Positions 9,612 to 17,924 are shown, counted from the stretch's first letter. The stretch: 64,000 bases of DNA from Patescibacteria group bacterium (GCA_023474425.1 JAMCXX010000002.1:196217-260216), one strand, 5' to 3'. Program-made: numbers and translations. Notes: generated by a model from the letters alone, not told the origin.

Positions 9612-9926
9612 TTAAAACCCGGTAATACTTATGCCTAGGACGGTTTCCACAATTCTGATTATCCAAAAAGAAATAAATACGATAATCATTCCGATTACGG
9701 CATTAGTAATAATTTTTCTGGCTTCCATTAATGCCTTATCATCTCCGCCCGAGGTGAGATATTTTATTCCGCCGAGGAGCAGATAGGCAAAGAGAGCTAG
9801 GCCGGCCAGAGAAATAATCACCGGTAAAAAAGCGCTTACGACCGAGCCTAAGTCGTTGAATCCGGAGAGACCCAAAGCGCTGGGTGTAATCGCGAAAGCC
9901 AAGGCCTCTTTGCCAAAAATGTTCAT
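9612..9926 (-). CDS. TrbC/VirB2-type pilin-like protein, paralog 2
   Basis: 104 aa with core GGIKYLTSGGDDKALMEARKIITNAVIGMIIV. Confidence 0.7.
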   Translation of the reverse strand: MNIFGKEALAFAITPSALGLSGFNDLGSVVSAFLPVIISLAGLALFAYLLLGGIKYLTSGGDDKALMEARKIITNAVIGMIIVFISFWIIRIVETVLGISITGF

Positions 9927-9931
9927 AATTC

Positions 9932-10522
9932 TTAAGGATAAGGTACGTTAACTCCCCCTCCGGGAGCCGGCGTGAAACCAGGGATGTGTAAAATATCTAT
10001 ACCAATAAATCTTAAAAGAAAAACGCTTAAAAAGACAAGCAGGAAACCGCCGATGGCGTGAGTAATGGTGCTCTTGGCCTCATCAATGGCGTCGGGGTTG
10101 CCGCCACTCAAAAGATACTTGGCTGCGCCGGATATAAGCAGAAACAAACTGACGCCGCCGGCCAATCCGGACATAATTAGTATAAGAGCTTTTATGAGTT
10201 CCTCGGGTTGCGGTTTTAAGGTGCCGATTTCCGTGTTCAGTTCCGTTGGCAGCGGTTGTGGTGCCGGAATGTTAAGGCAAGTATAGCCGTCAATAATATT
10301 GGCATTTCCCGCTTGAAGAAACCCACAGTTAATGCATTGTTTGCCGTTGGTGGAGCAGGCAGGCTGCGGACATCTCCCTGGCCAGCCGAGCCCCTGACCG
10401 TACGAACCGCAGGCCGCTTCGAAGTTTACTGCTTTAGTTATGGAGGGAGCGCTTACCCAGGAAGTTGCAGAAAACAGGATGGCTATTAATATTTGCCAGA
10501 GCAACAAGCGTTTCTTTACCAC
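9932..10522 (-). CDS. pilin-like protein with Cys-rich N-terminal extension, paralog 1 (first gene of the array)
   Basis: 196 aa with a signal peptide. A roughly 90-aa region with 8 Cys (CGSYGQGLGWPGRCPQPACSTNGKQCINCGFLQ...YTCLN) precedes the pilin core GAAKYLLSGGNPDAIDEAKSTITHAIGGFLLV. Confidence 0.65.
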   Translation of the reverse strand: MVKKRLLLWQILIAILFSATSWVSAPSITKAVNFEAACGSYGQGLGWPGRCPQPACSTNGKQCINCGFLQAGNANIIDGYTCLNIPAPQPLPTELNTEIGTLKPQPEELIKALILIMSGLAGGVSLFLLISGAAKYLLSGGNPDAIDEAKSTITHAIGGFLLVFLSVFLLRFIGIDILHIPGFTPAPGGGVNVPYP

Positions 10523-10580
10523 GATTCAACTTTACCTTTTTCGCGCCATTTCTGTCAAAAAATCGGGGGCGGGGCAATGT

Positions 10581-10586
10581 TATAAT
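10581..10586 (+). promoter_or_regulatory. extended -10 box (TGtTATAAT) 7 nt upstream of the SpoIID-gene ATG, suggesting a leaderless transcript
   Basis: The sequence reads caatgtTATAATtttgtagATG, with TATAAT at 10581-10586 and the ATG at 10594. There is no Shine-Dalgarno sequence between them. Confidence 0.4.
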
Positions 10587-10593
10587 TTTGTAG

Positions 10594-12333
10594 ATGAAAA
10601 GTGCTTGGGCTTTCCTTGCGGCCATTCTTTTGCTTATTCCTCTCCTATTTATAATCCGCCCGGCTTTGGCGGATGAATACTCCGATTTGCAGGCCCAGCT
10701 GGACCAAAAGATTAAAGAGCTTTCGGCCAAACAGGGGGAGCTGGCCGGAGTTCAGTCGGAGCACCAAAAAGTTTCCGTGGATGTGGCCGCCACCCGCAAT
10801 TTAATTGACCGCACCGCCGCCGAAATCGAAAAGAAAAAAGAGGAAATTGCCCGGCTTGATTCACAGCGGCAGACCAAAGAGCTAGAACTTTCGCAAAAAG
10901 AAGCCACCGTTTCCGCCATGATAAAAGAAATTTACAAAAGTTCGGCCGGGTCTTCTCTGGAATTAATTCTTAGCAGTCAAAGTTTGGGTTCTTTTGCCCA
11001 AAGCCTCGTCTATTACAAAGCGGTGGCGGCTCTCGCCGAACAAAAGGCCAACGACTTGGGGGCCCAAGTTACCCAAATTAAGGTCAATTTAATTTCCGAC
11101 CGGGACAAAAAAGATGCGCTTGACGCCCAGGTGTTAAGTCTTGCCCAAAAGAAAAAAATTTTAGACTCACAGCTTTCCGCTTTAAGCGGGCACATTCAGA
11201 CCGTCAGTTCCCAAATTTCCACCATTCAAACGGAGATTGCCAATATTACCGCCCGCCAGCAGCAGATTTTGGCCGAGAAGACCGGCAACTTTTTAACCAG
11301 TGTTGGTGATGTGCCGCCGGCCGACGACCCGGCCTCGCGTCTTGATTACAATCCCGGTTTTTCCCCCGCCTTCGCCGGTTTTTCCTTCGGTGCGCCGCAC
11401 CGCAAGGGTATGAGCCAGTACGGCGCCTACGGGCGGGCCAAGAGCGGACAGAATTATCAGGATATTCTTAAAGGTTACTACGGCAGTGTGAGTATTGAGC
11501 ACCGCGATTTACCGGGCAGCATTCAAACGACCGTGGGCACAATCTCTTTTGAAGACAACTACCTCATGGGCATTGCCGAAATGCCGTCGAGTTGGGCCGA
11601 CAGCGGCGGTTATGAAGCGCTAAAAGCCCAGGCGGTGGCAGCCCGCAGTTATGCTATGAATGCCGGCAAGCCTATTTGCGTTACCGAGAGTTGCCAGGTT
11701 TATTCCTCTTCAAAGGCGGCCAATCCGCCCGACGCCTGGCGGCGGGCGGTTAACGAAACCCGTGGGCAGGTGGTGGTGGCCAACGGGCAGATTCTTTCCA
11801 CCTGGTATGCCTCCACTTCCGGCGGATTTAATTTGTCCTACACCGTGGGCGGCTACACGACTTCCGGAGGATGGGATACCAAGTGCGGTAGCCAGAGCTG
11901 TTGGACGGGCGACGCTTACGAAAAGATTTCCGGCTCCCCGTGGTTCTACAAAGCCTGGTACCGACCCCGTTACGGCAGTGCCAGCCGTTCTAACCCTTGG
12001 CTTAACCGCGACGAATTTGCGGATATTGTAAACTCGGCGCTTCTATACCAAAAAGATAACGGTACGGTTACACATCTTTCCCAGACGGATAAGTCCAACC
12101 CCGATACATGGAGTGCGGATCAAGTGCGGGGGGCCTTGAGCGGTGACGCTATTTCCAATGTCACATCAGTTTCCGTTACCTATTCAACCGGCGGTTTTAC
12201 GAGTAACGTCCATCTGGAAACGGATAAGGGCGGCAAAGACATTGATGGGCCAACCTTCCGGCAAATCTTTAACCTTCGGGCGCCGGGAGAAATCTGGCTG
12301 GCGTCTTCGTTATTTAATATAGAAAAGAAGTAG
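10594..12333 (+). CDS. SpoIID/LytB domain protein with N-terminal coiled coil
   Basis: 579 aa with a signal peptide and a roughly 200-aa heptad-rich region (LQAQLDQKIKELSAKQGELAGVQSE...). The SpoIID signature YEALKAQAVAARSYA is followed by ASTSGG. Confidence 0.75.
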   Translation: MKSAWAFLAAILLLIPLLFIIRPALADEYSDLQAQLDQKIKELSAKQGELAGVQSEHQKVSVDVAATRNLIDRTAAEIEKKKEEIARLDSQRQTKELELSQKEATVSAMIKEIYKSSAGSSLELILSSQSLGSFAQSLVYYKAVAALAEQKANDLGAQVTQIKVNLISDRDKKDALDAQVLSLAQKKKILDSQLSALSGHIQTVSSQISTIQTEIANITARQQQILAEKTGNFLTSVGDVPPADDPASRLDYNPGFSPAFAGFSFGAPHRKGMSQYGAYGRAKSGQNYQDILKGYYGSVSIEHRDLPGSIQTTVGTISFEDNYLMGIAEMPSSWADSGGYEALKAQAVAARSYAMNAGKPICVTESCQVYSSSKAANPPDAWRRAVNETRGQVVVANGQILSTWYASTSGGFNLSYTVGGYTTSGGWDTKCGSQSCWTGDAYEKISGSPWFYKAWYRPRYGSASRSNPWLNRDEFADIVNSALLYQKDNGTVTHLSQTDKSNPDTWSADQVRGALSGDAISNVTSVSVTYSTGGFTSNVHLETDKGGKDIDGPTFRQIFNLRAPGEIWLASSLFNIEKK

Positions 12334-12345
12334 TAGAATAAAGTT

Positions 12346-12903
12346 ATGGTTAAAGGTTTGTCCGCTTTCGCCAGGGATCCGAAGATTACCTTTAAAGACC
12401 AGGAAGCAGGGGAAAATGTTCTTCTTCTTTTGCGCCGCCACCAGGTGACCAATATCTGGTGGATTTTCGTAACACTGGTTTTGGCCGTTTTCCCCCTATT
12501 TTTTTGGCTGGGCAACGCTCCTTCCCAACTTGCAGGAATGCCTTTTTTTTCACCGGGGCACCTTTTTCTTCTCACATTAGTTTGGTACCTCTTTACCTTA
12601 GGTTTCGCGCTTATAAATTTTTTGGACTGGTTTTTTAACGTGGATTTAATTACTGATAAAAGACTCGTGGACATGGATTACGAAAACCTTTTATACTTTA
12701 GGGCTTCGGAGACCAACTATTCCAAGCTGGAAGACGTTACCTATAAAGTGAGCGGCATTTTTCAAAGTATTTTTAACTTTGGCAATGTGGAATTCCAGAC
12801 GGCCGGCACCGAGGAAAATTTTGATTTGGAGGAAGTGCCCAACCCCGAAGGCGTCCACGATTTAATTACCGATTTAATGGCCAAAACGCCGGAGGCCGGC
12901 TAA
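12346..12903 (+). CDS. membrane protein with YdbT-like bacterial PH domain
   Basis: 185 aa with two TM helices (IWWIFVTLVLAVFPLFFWL, LFLLTLVWYLFTLGFALINF). The following soluble domain ends ...NFGNVEFQTAGTEENFDLEEVPNPE, typical of bPH_2 proteins. Confidence 0.5.
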   Translation: MVKGLSAFARDPKITFKDQEAGENVLLLLRRHQVTNIWWIFVTLVLAVFPLFFWLGNAPSQLAGMPFFSPGHLFLLTLVWYLFTLGFALINFLDWFFNVDLITDKRLVDMDYENLLYFRASETNYSKLEDVTYKVSGIFQSIFNFGNVEFQTAGTEENFDLEEVPNPEGVHDLITDLMAKTPEAG

Positions 12904-12908
12904 GGATT

Positions 12909-13124
12909 ATGACAAGTTTTGACCCTTACATTATTCTTTCCGTTCGTTGGGGTTTGGTGACCCTGCTTTCCCTTTACGCCGTTTTTTCGGCAGTCATGAT
13001 AAGCAAAGTGCGCTACCTTTCCGGAGTTTTGGAAACCGAGGTTTCTCCTGCTTTGTCCGTCCTGGTTTTGCTTAATTTTGTTTTCTCTTTATTTTTAATC
13101 GTTCTAACGTTGGTAACAATATAA
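12909..13124 (+). CDS. small two-TM membrane protein
   Basis: 71-aa ORF packed tightly between neighbours (5-nt and 1-nt gaps), with two hydrophobic helices. Confidence 0.5.
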   Translation: MTSFDPYIILSVRWGLVTLLSLYAVFSAVMISKVRYLSGVLETEVSPALSVLVLLNFVFSLFLIVLTLVTI

Positions 13125-13125
13125 A

Positions 13126-14979
13126 ATGGAAAAGAAGTTGACCATACGTTTTCAAAAACTTGTCGGCCAGGCGGCATTTCCGCCGGGATTTTTTGCCGAG
13201 GGTCAAAAGTTCGAACGTTTCGAGAAGGGTTTGCCCCAGTCGCGCGGCTCGCTTTTTTGTCTTCTGACCATTAAAGGGCCGGCCGAAGGCTTTGAGGCGC
13301 CGGTTTTTGGCAAGGCCATTTTAGATGTTTTGGAGGAGGAGTACTTTACGCCTTCGTCGGAGCCGCCTCTTTCGGCTCTGGAGAAAGCGGCCGACTCGGC
13401 CCACCGCCGGCTTAACGACCTGGCGCTTTCCTCACACCTGGGGCAGGCTCTGGAGCTTGACTTGGTGTTGGCCGTTCTTTGGGGACAGGTGCTCTATGTT
13501 TGCCGTCTGGGGCAGGGCGGCGCCTATTTATTGCGCGACGGCAAGGTCTCGGAGATTATTTTGGGGGAGGAGTCCCTGGTTGCCTGCGCTTCCGGTTTTG
13601 TTTACGGCGGCGACACTCTTATTTTGGGCAGTCCAGATTTTAAAAAGAAATTCCCGACGGAATCTCTTTCGCTCTCGCTCGGGAAAATTGAGCAGGCCAT
13701 GCAGGAGAGCGGCCCCAAATCTCTTTTGGCCGGTTTAGTTATAAAACTGGACTTGGAGGAATCTCCGGGGGAGGCCGAGTCTATTGAGTTTGTTGAGCCT
13801 CATCGGCCCTCTTCCCGCCGTCCCAAAATTTCTCTGCCAAGGCTTCGCCCGCCTTCTCTGGAGGTTTTCAGGGCGCGGCGTTTAGGGCGTAAGAGCCGAA
13901 TGGCCGGACTTTTCCTTGCTCTCTTAATTCTTTTTTCCGTCTCGGTTTACTTTACCATTTCCCGCCAGAACAAAATCCGTTTGGCCAACCTTTCCCAGGT
14001 CGTTTACAACAAAGCCGATTTGGACCTGATTTCGGCCTCCGACCTGGTCAATCTTAACAATGCCAAAGCGGCCCAAATTTTAAATGATACTTTAAAGTCC
14101 CTCAAAAATTTAGAGTCGTTGGGCTCCAAAGACCCCAAACTTTTTGACTACGAACAGAGGGTTAAATCACTCCTGGCCAAGGTTTCGGGGGAAACTTTGG
14201 TGCAAAACCTAAAGCTTATCTACGATTTTAACCTTTCCGAAAACGGGCTTAGGCCGAGCAACCTGGAGGGTTATAAAAATCAGTTGATTCTGGGCAGTCA
14301 GGGTTCCGGGGCCGTCTTTGCCGTACCGGCCGATAATCCAGCTGGCGCCCAAAACGTTTCCGGCGGAAAAATCAGCTCCCTTAAAGAAATTTCGGCCTAC
14401 GGCAGCCGGGTTTTTGTGGAAAGTAGCGGCGGCTTTTATACCATTGATTTAAGCAGCGGCAGCGTCACGGCCGACGATTTGAGCGGCTTGAACCCGGATC
14501 AGATTGCCGACTTTGGAAGCTACAATTCCAATCTCTACTTTCTATCTCCCTCGCAAAACCAGATTTTACGGTCCCTCTACGGTACGTCCGGTTACTCGCC
14601 TGTTTCAAGCTGGCTTAAGAGTCCGGCCGTTATTAAAAATGCCCTCAATTTTGCCATCGACGGCGATATTTATGTGCTGCTTTCGAGCGGCCAGGTGCTT
14701 AAATTCGAAGGCGGCGAAGCCCAGGATTTTGGCTTGAGCGGTTTTAGCCAGACTTTAAGTAAACAAACTTTTATTTACACCACCGATTCACTAAACTTTC
14801 TCTACCTCGTTGACCGGGAAAACAAGAAAATTGTAACCTTCGACAAAAACGGCGTTTTCCAAAAGACTTACGATTTGAGCGGCAGCGGCTTGCCCTCTCT
14901 CGATTCTCTTTATGTAAACTCCGATAACTCCAATCTCTACGTTCTTTCCGGAACTAAGATTTACGTCCTAGCCCCTTGA
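13126..14979 (+). CDS. PP2C-like (catalytically degenerate) domain - TM - beta-propeller-like repeat protein
   Basis: 617 aa. The N-terminal part resembles PPM phosphatases (VLYVCRLGQGGAYLLRDGKVSEI, GDTLILGSPDF) but lacks the GDSR aspartate. It has a TM helix MAGLFLALLILFSVSVYFTI. The C-terminus has repeated LYxL/IYVL strand motifs. Confidence 0.45.
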   Translation: MEKKLTIRFQKLVGQAAFPPGFFAEGQKFERFEKGLPQSRGSLFCLLTIKGPAEGFEAPVFGKAILDVLEEEYFTPSSEPPLSALEKAADSAHRRLNDLALSSHLGQALELDLVLAVLWGQVLYVCRLGQGGAYLLRDGKVSEIILGEESLVACASGFVYGGDTLILGSPDFKKKFPTESLSLSLGKIEQAMQESGPKSLLAGLVIKLDLEESPGEAESIEFVEPHRPSSRRPKISLPRLRPPSLEVFRARRLGRKSRMAGLFLALLILFSVSVYFTISRQNKIRLANLSQVVYNKADLDLISASDLVNLNNAKAAQILNDTLKSLKNLESLGSKDPKLFDYEQRVKSLLAKVSGETLVQNLKLIYDFNLSENGLRPSNLEGYKNQLILGSQGSGAVFAVPADNPAGAQNVSGGKISSLKEISAYGSRVFVESSGGFYTIDLSSGSVTADDLSGLNPDQIADFGSYNSNLYFLSPSQNQILRSLYGTSGYSPVSSWLKSPAVIKNALNFAIDGDIYVLLSSGQVLKFEGGEAQDFGLSGFSQTLSKQTFIYTTDSLNFLYLVDRENKKIVTFDKNGVFQKTYDLSGSGLPSLDSLYVNSDNSNLYVLSGTKIYVLAP

Positions 14980-14994
14980 AAAAAACGTCTTTTT

Positions 14995-15438
14995 ATGCTA
15001 AAATACCTAGTTGAAAATAGGGAAATCGGCGCGATGGCCCCACGCTATAAGGTGGAGGCGGGCTTGGTTTTAACCGGGGCTGAAGCCAAGTCGCTTAAGG
15101 CAGGAAACGGAAGGTTAAACGGCGCCTATCTTAAAGTTTTTAGCGACGGGGCTTACCTAGTGGGTTTTAGAATCGGCCGCTACCGGTACGACGCCAGGGC
15201 GGCACAGAACCCCACACGCCTGCGCAAAGTTCTTTTAAATAAAAGGGAGCTTTTAAAAATCGCCGGCCTTATTTCCCAAAGAGGTTTTGTCTGTGTGCCC
15301 TCGAGGGTTTATCTTAAGGACCGATTTATAAAAGTGGAGCTTGTGGTTGGGCAGGTTTTAAGAAAGTGGGAGAAGCGGGAGAAAGAGAAGGAAAAAGAGC
15401 AGGCGCGGGAAGTTGAAAGAAGCTTGAGTGAGTATTAG
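14995..15438 (+). CDS. smpB: SsrA-binding protein SmpB
   Basis: 147 aa. The sequence aligns by eye to SmpB (EAGLVLTGAEAKSLKAGNGRLNGAYL ... TRLRKVLLNKRELLKI) and has a basic C-terminal tail. It lies immediately upstream of the tmRNA. Confidence 0.9.
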   Translation: MLKYLVENREIGAMAPRYKVEAGLVLTGAEAKSLKAGNGRLNGAYLKVFSDGAYLVGFRIGRYRYDARAAQNPTRLRKVLLNKRELLKIAGLISQRGFVCVPSRVYLKDRFIKVELVVGQVLRKWEKREKEKEKEQAREVERSLSEY

Positions 15439-15465
15439 GATGTGGTGTTAGCACATTTAAAATTT

Positions 15466-15850
15466 GGGGATGTCAGTTTCGACTAAATGCGGATGAAACT
15501 TCGGCAAGTCAAGTTTGAGCCAGATCTTGGTAAAAAGGCTTAATTAAAATGCCACCGATAGTGTGAGCGAAGTTCCCGTTTACGAGCCAGCTTTTGTCTA
15601 CGCTTGAAACGTGAACCGTCCTTAAAAGCTTTCCCCAGACGAGGCTTTTTTGGGCGTGTAACAGTCTGGGATTCAAGTTTTGCGGGTTTTGGGCAAACCC
15701 GATTCTTGTAATCATCTAAATTGTCCAGCCGGTTGGCTTTTATCCCGGTCTAGCCGAGAGGCCCGCCCGGATTTATTTAAGCTAGATAAGCTTGTAGATG
15801 AAGTTTCTTGATTCATTTAGGACCCCCGTTCAATCGGGGCATCTCCACCA
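15466..15850 (+). ncRNA. ssrA: tmRNA (SsrA)
   Basis: The 5' end GGGGATGTCAGTTTCGAC pairs with the 3' end CATCTCC-A-CCA, giving an acceptor stem with the G3:U70 alanine identity pair. A T-arm CCCCG-TTCAATC-CGGGG is present. Length is 385 nt, directly downstream of smpB. The candidate tag ORF is 15551-15607. Confidence 0.9.
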
Positions 15851-15859
15851 GGTATTATC

Positions 15860-15895
15860 TTTAAGGCTCCCGAAAGGGAGCCTTAAGAATTTTCA
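15860..15895 (+). terminator. stem-loop terminator after tmRNA
   Basis: TTAAGGCTCCC-GAAA-GGGAGCCTTAA forms an 11-12 bp perfect stem with a GNRA loop, followed by an AATTTTC tract. Confidence 0.55.
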
Positions 15896-15987
15896 ATTTG
15901 AAATTTAAAATTTAAAATGAAATCTCAACGACTCAATTTTGAGACATTAGAGCGTTTGCGTAATTAGCAGCTAAAGGTATTGTTTTT

Positions 15988-16046
15988 CGTCATTCTGGTA
16001 ATCCGCCGTAGGCGGAGCATCTAGAATCCTCTCCACCGGAATGACC
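15988..16046. repeat. CGTCATYCTG...GAATGAC inverted-repeat element, copy 1 (MITE/REP-like)
   Basis: The sequence is cgtcattctggtaatccgccgtaggcggagcatctagaatcctctccaccggaatgac. Terminal inverted repeats are gtcattc/gaatgac and the inner hairpin is tccgcc-gta-ggcgga. It is flanked by AT-rich caatttgaaat-type inverted tracts at 15890-15930 and 16080-16130. Confidence 0.6.
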
Positions 16047-16157
16047 GTCGAACAATTAATTATGTCCCAACTTTATTGGGTCAATTCAAATTCAATTCAA
16101 ATTGTAAATTGAAAATTTCAAATTAATATGCGGTTGGTGTTCTGTTAACATTAGGTT

Positions 16158-16847
16158 GTGTTGGCTGAACCGATTGTCGACTTCTTTTTCCCCAAGCGCT
16201 GTTTGAGCTGCGGCCGTTCGGGCTCCTTTGTTTGCGAATCTTGTTTGGAAAAAGTTCCCTGGCTGGAAAGTCAGTTTTGCCCCGTTTGTCTAAAACCCTC
16301 CGTTTCCGGTTTTACCCATTTGCGCTGTCAGAATTCCCTTACGCCCGACCGTTTTATTTGCCCGCTTGCCTATAAGGGCTTGGTCTCGTCTCTCATTCAG
16401 TCCGTTAAGTATGGCGGGGTCACCTCTTTGGTGCCTTATGCAGTTAGCCTCACCAAAGAATTTATGGAGGAAAGCCTTTCGGGGATTGGCGCCGAAGCCG
16501 GACTTACCTATGTGCCTCTACACCCCTTAAAGCTTATGGAGAGAGGTTTTAATCAAAGCCTGATTTTGGCTAAGTCTTTGGGCGAGCTTTTGCGCCTGGA
16601 GGTTTTTGATTTGCTTATTAAAGCAAAAGAAACGAAATCGCAAACAACCTTCAGTCGGGAAGAAAGAAAAAGTAACGTGAGGGGAACATTCAAGGCTAAT
16701 GCGGTAGAGATTCAGAGAATTAAAAACCGGGACCTAATCCTTGTGGATGATGTTTTTACCACCGGTGCCACTCTGCTTGAATGCAGTCGCATTTTAAAGC
16801 TGGCCGGCGCCCGGTTTATCTACCTTTTCACTTTGGCTAAGGATTAG
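16158..16847 (+). CDS. comFC: ComF family protein (ComFC-like phosphoribosyltransferase)
   Basis: 229 aa with N-terminal Cys4 motifs (CLSCG...CESC, CPVC) and a C-terminal PRTase loop LILVDDVFTTGATL. Confidence 0.8.
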   Translation: MLAEPIVDFFFPKRCLSCGRSGSFVCESCLEKVPWLESQFCPVCLKPSVSGFTHLRCQNSLTPDRFICPLAYKGLVSSLIQSVKYGGVTSLVPYAVSLTKEFMEESLSGIGAEAGLTYVPLHPLKLMERGFNQSLILAKSLGELLRLEVFDLLIKAKETKSQTTFSREERKSNVRGTFKANAVEIQRIKNRDLILVDDVFTTGATLLECSRILKLAGARFIYLFTLAKD

Positions 16848-16888
16848 CGGATGACTATCGGTGGGCAAGTTCGGCGGCAAGTTCTGTT

Positions 16889-17287
16889 TTAAAGATTTTC
16901 AACTAAGAAATTCTTCAGGGCTTTCAAATTCTTTTTCTCTGGGTCGTAGTAATAGGATTTGATGCCGGAGGCTTCGGCACTTTTGACCGCTTCGGGATTA
17001 TGTTCGAAATACACAACCTCGCCCTTACTTAATCCAAAGTGCGCAAGCACGGCTTCGTAATATTTCGGGTCGGTTTTTTCGGGGTTGTGTTTTAGCGTAA
17101 AAACCTCGTAGGGCATTTTATCCAAACCGAATTCTTTAAACTGCTCGTCGTTCGCACCGGTGAGAATAATCTTTCGGTTTGGGAATTTATCAAGTATCTT
17201 ACGCATCGGCTCAAAAATCTTAAAACCATTACCGACTTCGACGACAAAAGCATCGACGGCGTCAACTAAAATTGTTTTCATAGGCAC
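16889..17287 (-). CDS. HAD-like hydrolase family protein
   Basis: 132 aa. An N-terminal ILVDAVDAF motif-I-like segment, a central ILTGAND and a C-terminal YFEHNPEAVKSAEASG suggest a small HAD-fold protein. The assignment is tentative. Confidence 0.4.
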   Translation of the reverse strand: MPMKTILVDAVDAFVVEVGNGFKIFEPMRKILDKFPNRKIILTGANDEQFKEFGLDKMPYEVFTLKHNPEKTDPKYYEAVLAHFGLSKGEVVYFEHNPEAVKSAEASGIKSYYYDPEKKNLKALKNFLVENL

Positions 17288-17299
17288 ATTTATTATTTA

Positions 17300-17869
17300 T
17301 CACTCCTTACCGAAAAGCAACTTGCGAAATTCTTCTTTCTTTTCTGGATTAAACTGTAGCCGAAGCAAATCAGGTACAATTTCCGGGCTGTAGAATAAAG
17401 GATCCTCAGTTGCGATTTTCATAAATTCTTCAAAGCTCACTAGCTGTGTTTCTATTTTTTCACCCGCATCCGTTTCCGCCTTTTTTTCAAAGACACTATT
17501 TCTGGCGATATACGTGTACACAGTCCACTCTATCTTAAATAGAGGATCAACCTCCTTCCATAAAATCCAGTTACTTGAAACATAGCCGGTTTCCTCCAAT
17601 AACTCACGCTTAGCGGCCTGTAAAGGTTCCTCTCCCTCGTCAAATCGTCCGCCGGGAATTGAGGTAAAGGGCTGTTTTTTCTGCGGCTGTTCTTCGATTT
17701 GAATTAAGATCTTATCTCCAACAATCGGTATTACTTGTGCGGTGTTTGGTCTTTTGAGTTTTTCAAAAATCTCGACGCTGCCGTCAAACATTTTTTGTTC
17801 CCATTGCCAAACTTCAAAAATTCTCCCCTTAAAAACTCTTTTAGCATTTTGTGGCATTTCAGATTTCAT
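17300..17869 (-). CDS. NUDIX hydrolase
   Basis: 189 aa with the Nudix box GGRFDEGEEPLQAAKRELLEETGY. Confidence 0.8.
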   Translation of the reverse strand: MKSEMPQNAKRVFKGRIFEVWQWEQKMFDGSVEIFEKLKRPNTAQVIPIVGDKILIQIEEQPQKKQPFTSIPGGRFDEGEEPLQAAKRELLEETGYVSSNWILWKEVDPLFKIEWTVYTYIARNSVFEKKAETDAGEKIETQLVSFEEFMKIATEDPLFYSPEIVPDLLRLQFNPEKKEEFRKLLFGKE

Positions 17870-17924
17870 AATTATTTCAGTAAATCTTCAACAGCAACGC
17901 AAAGAGTCTTGGCGATTTTCGCTA

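Noticed and set aside
15509-15715. 68-aa minus-strand ORF
   Set aside because: It lies entirely inside the tmRNA gene (15466-15850) on the opposite strand. It has no SD and no family signal, so it is treated as spurious.
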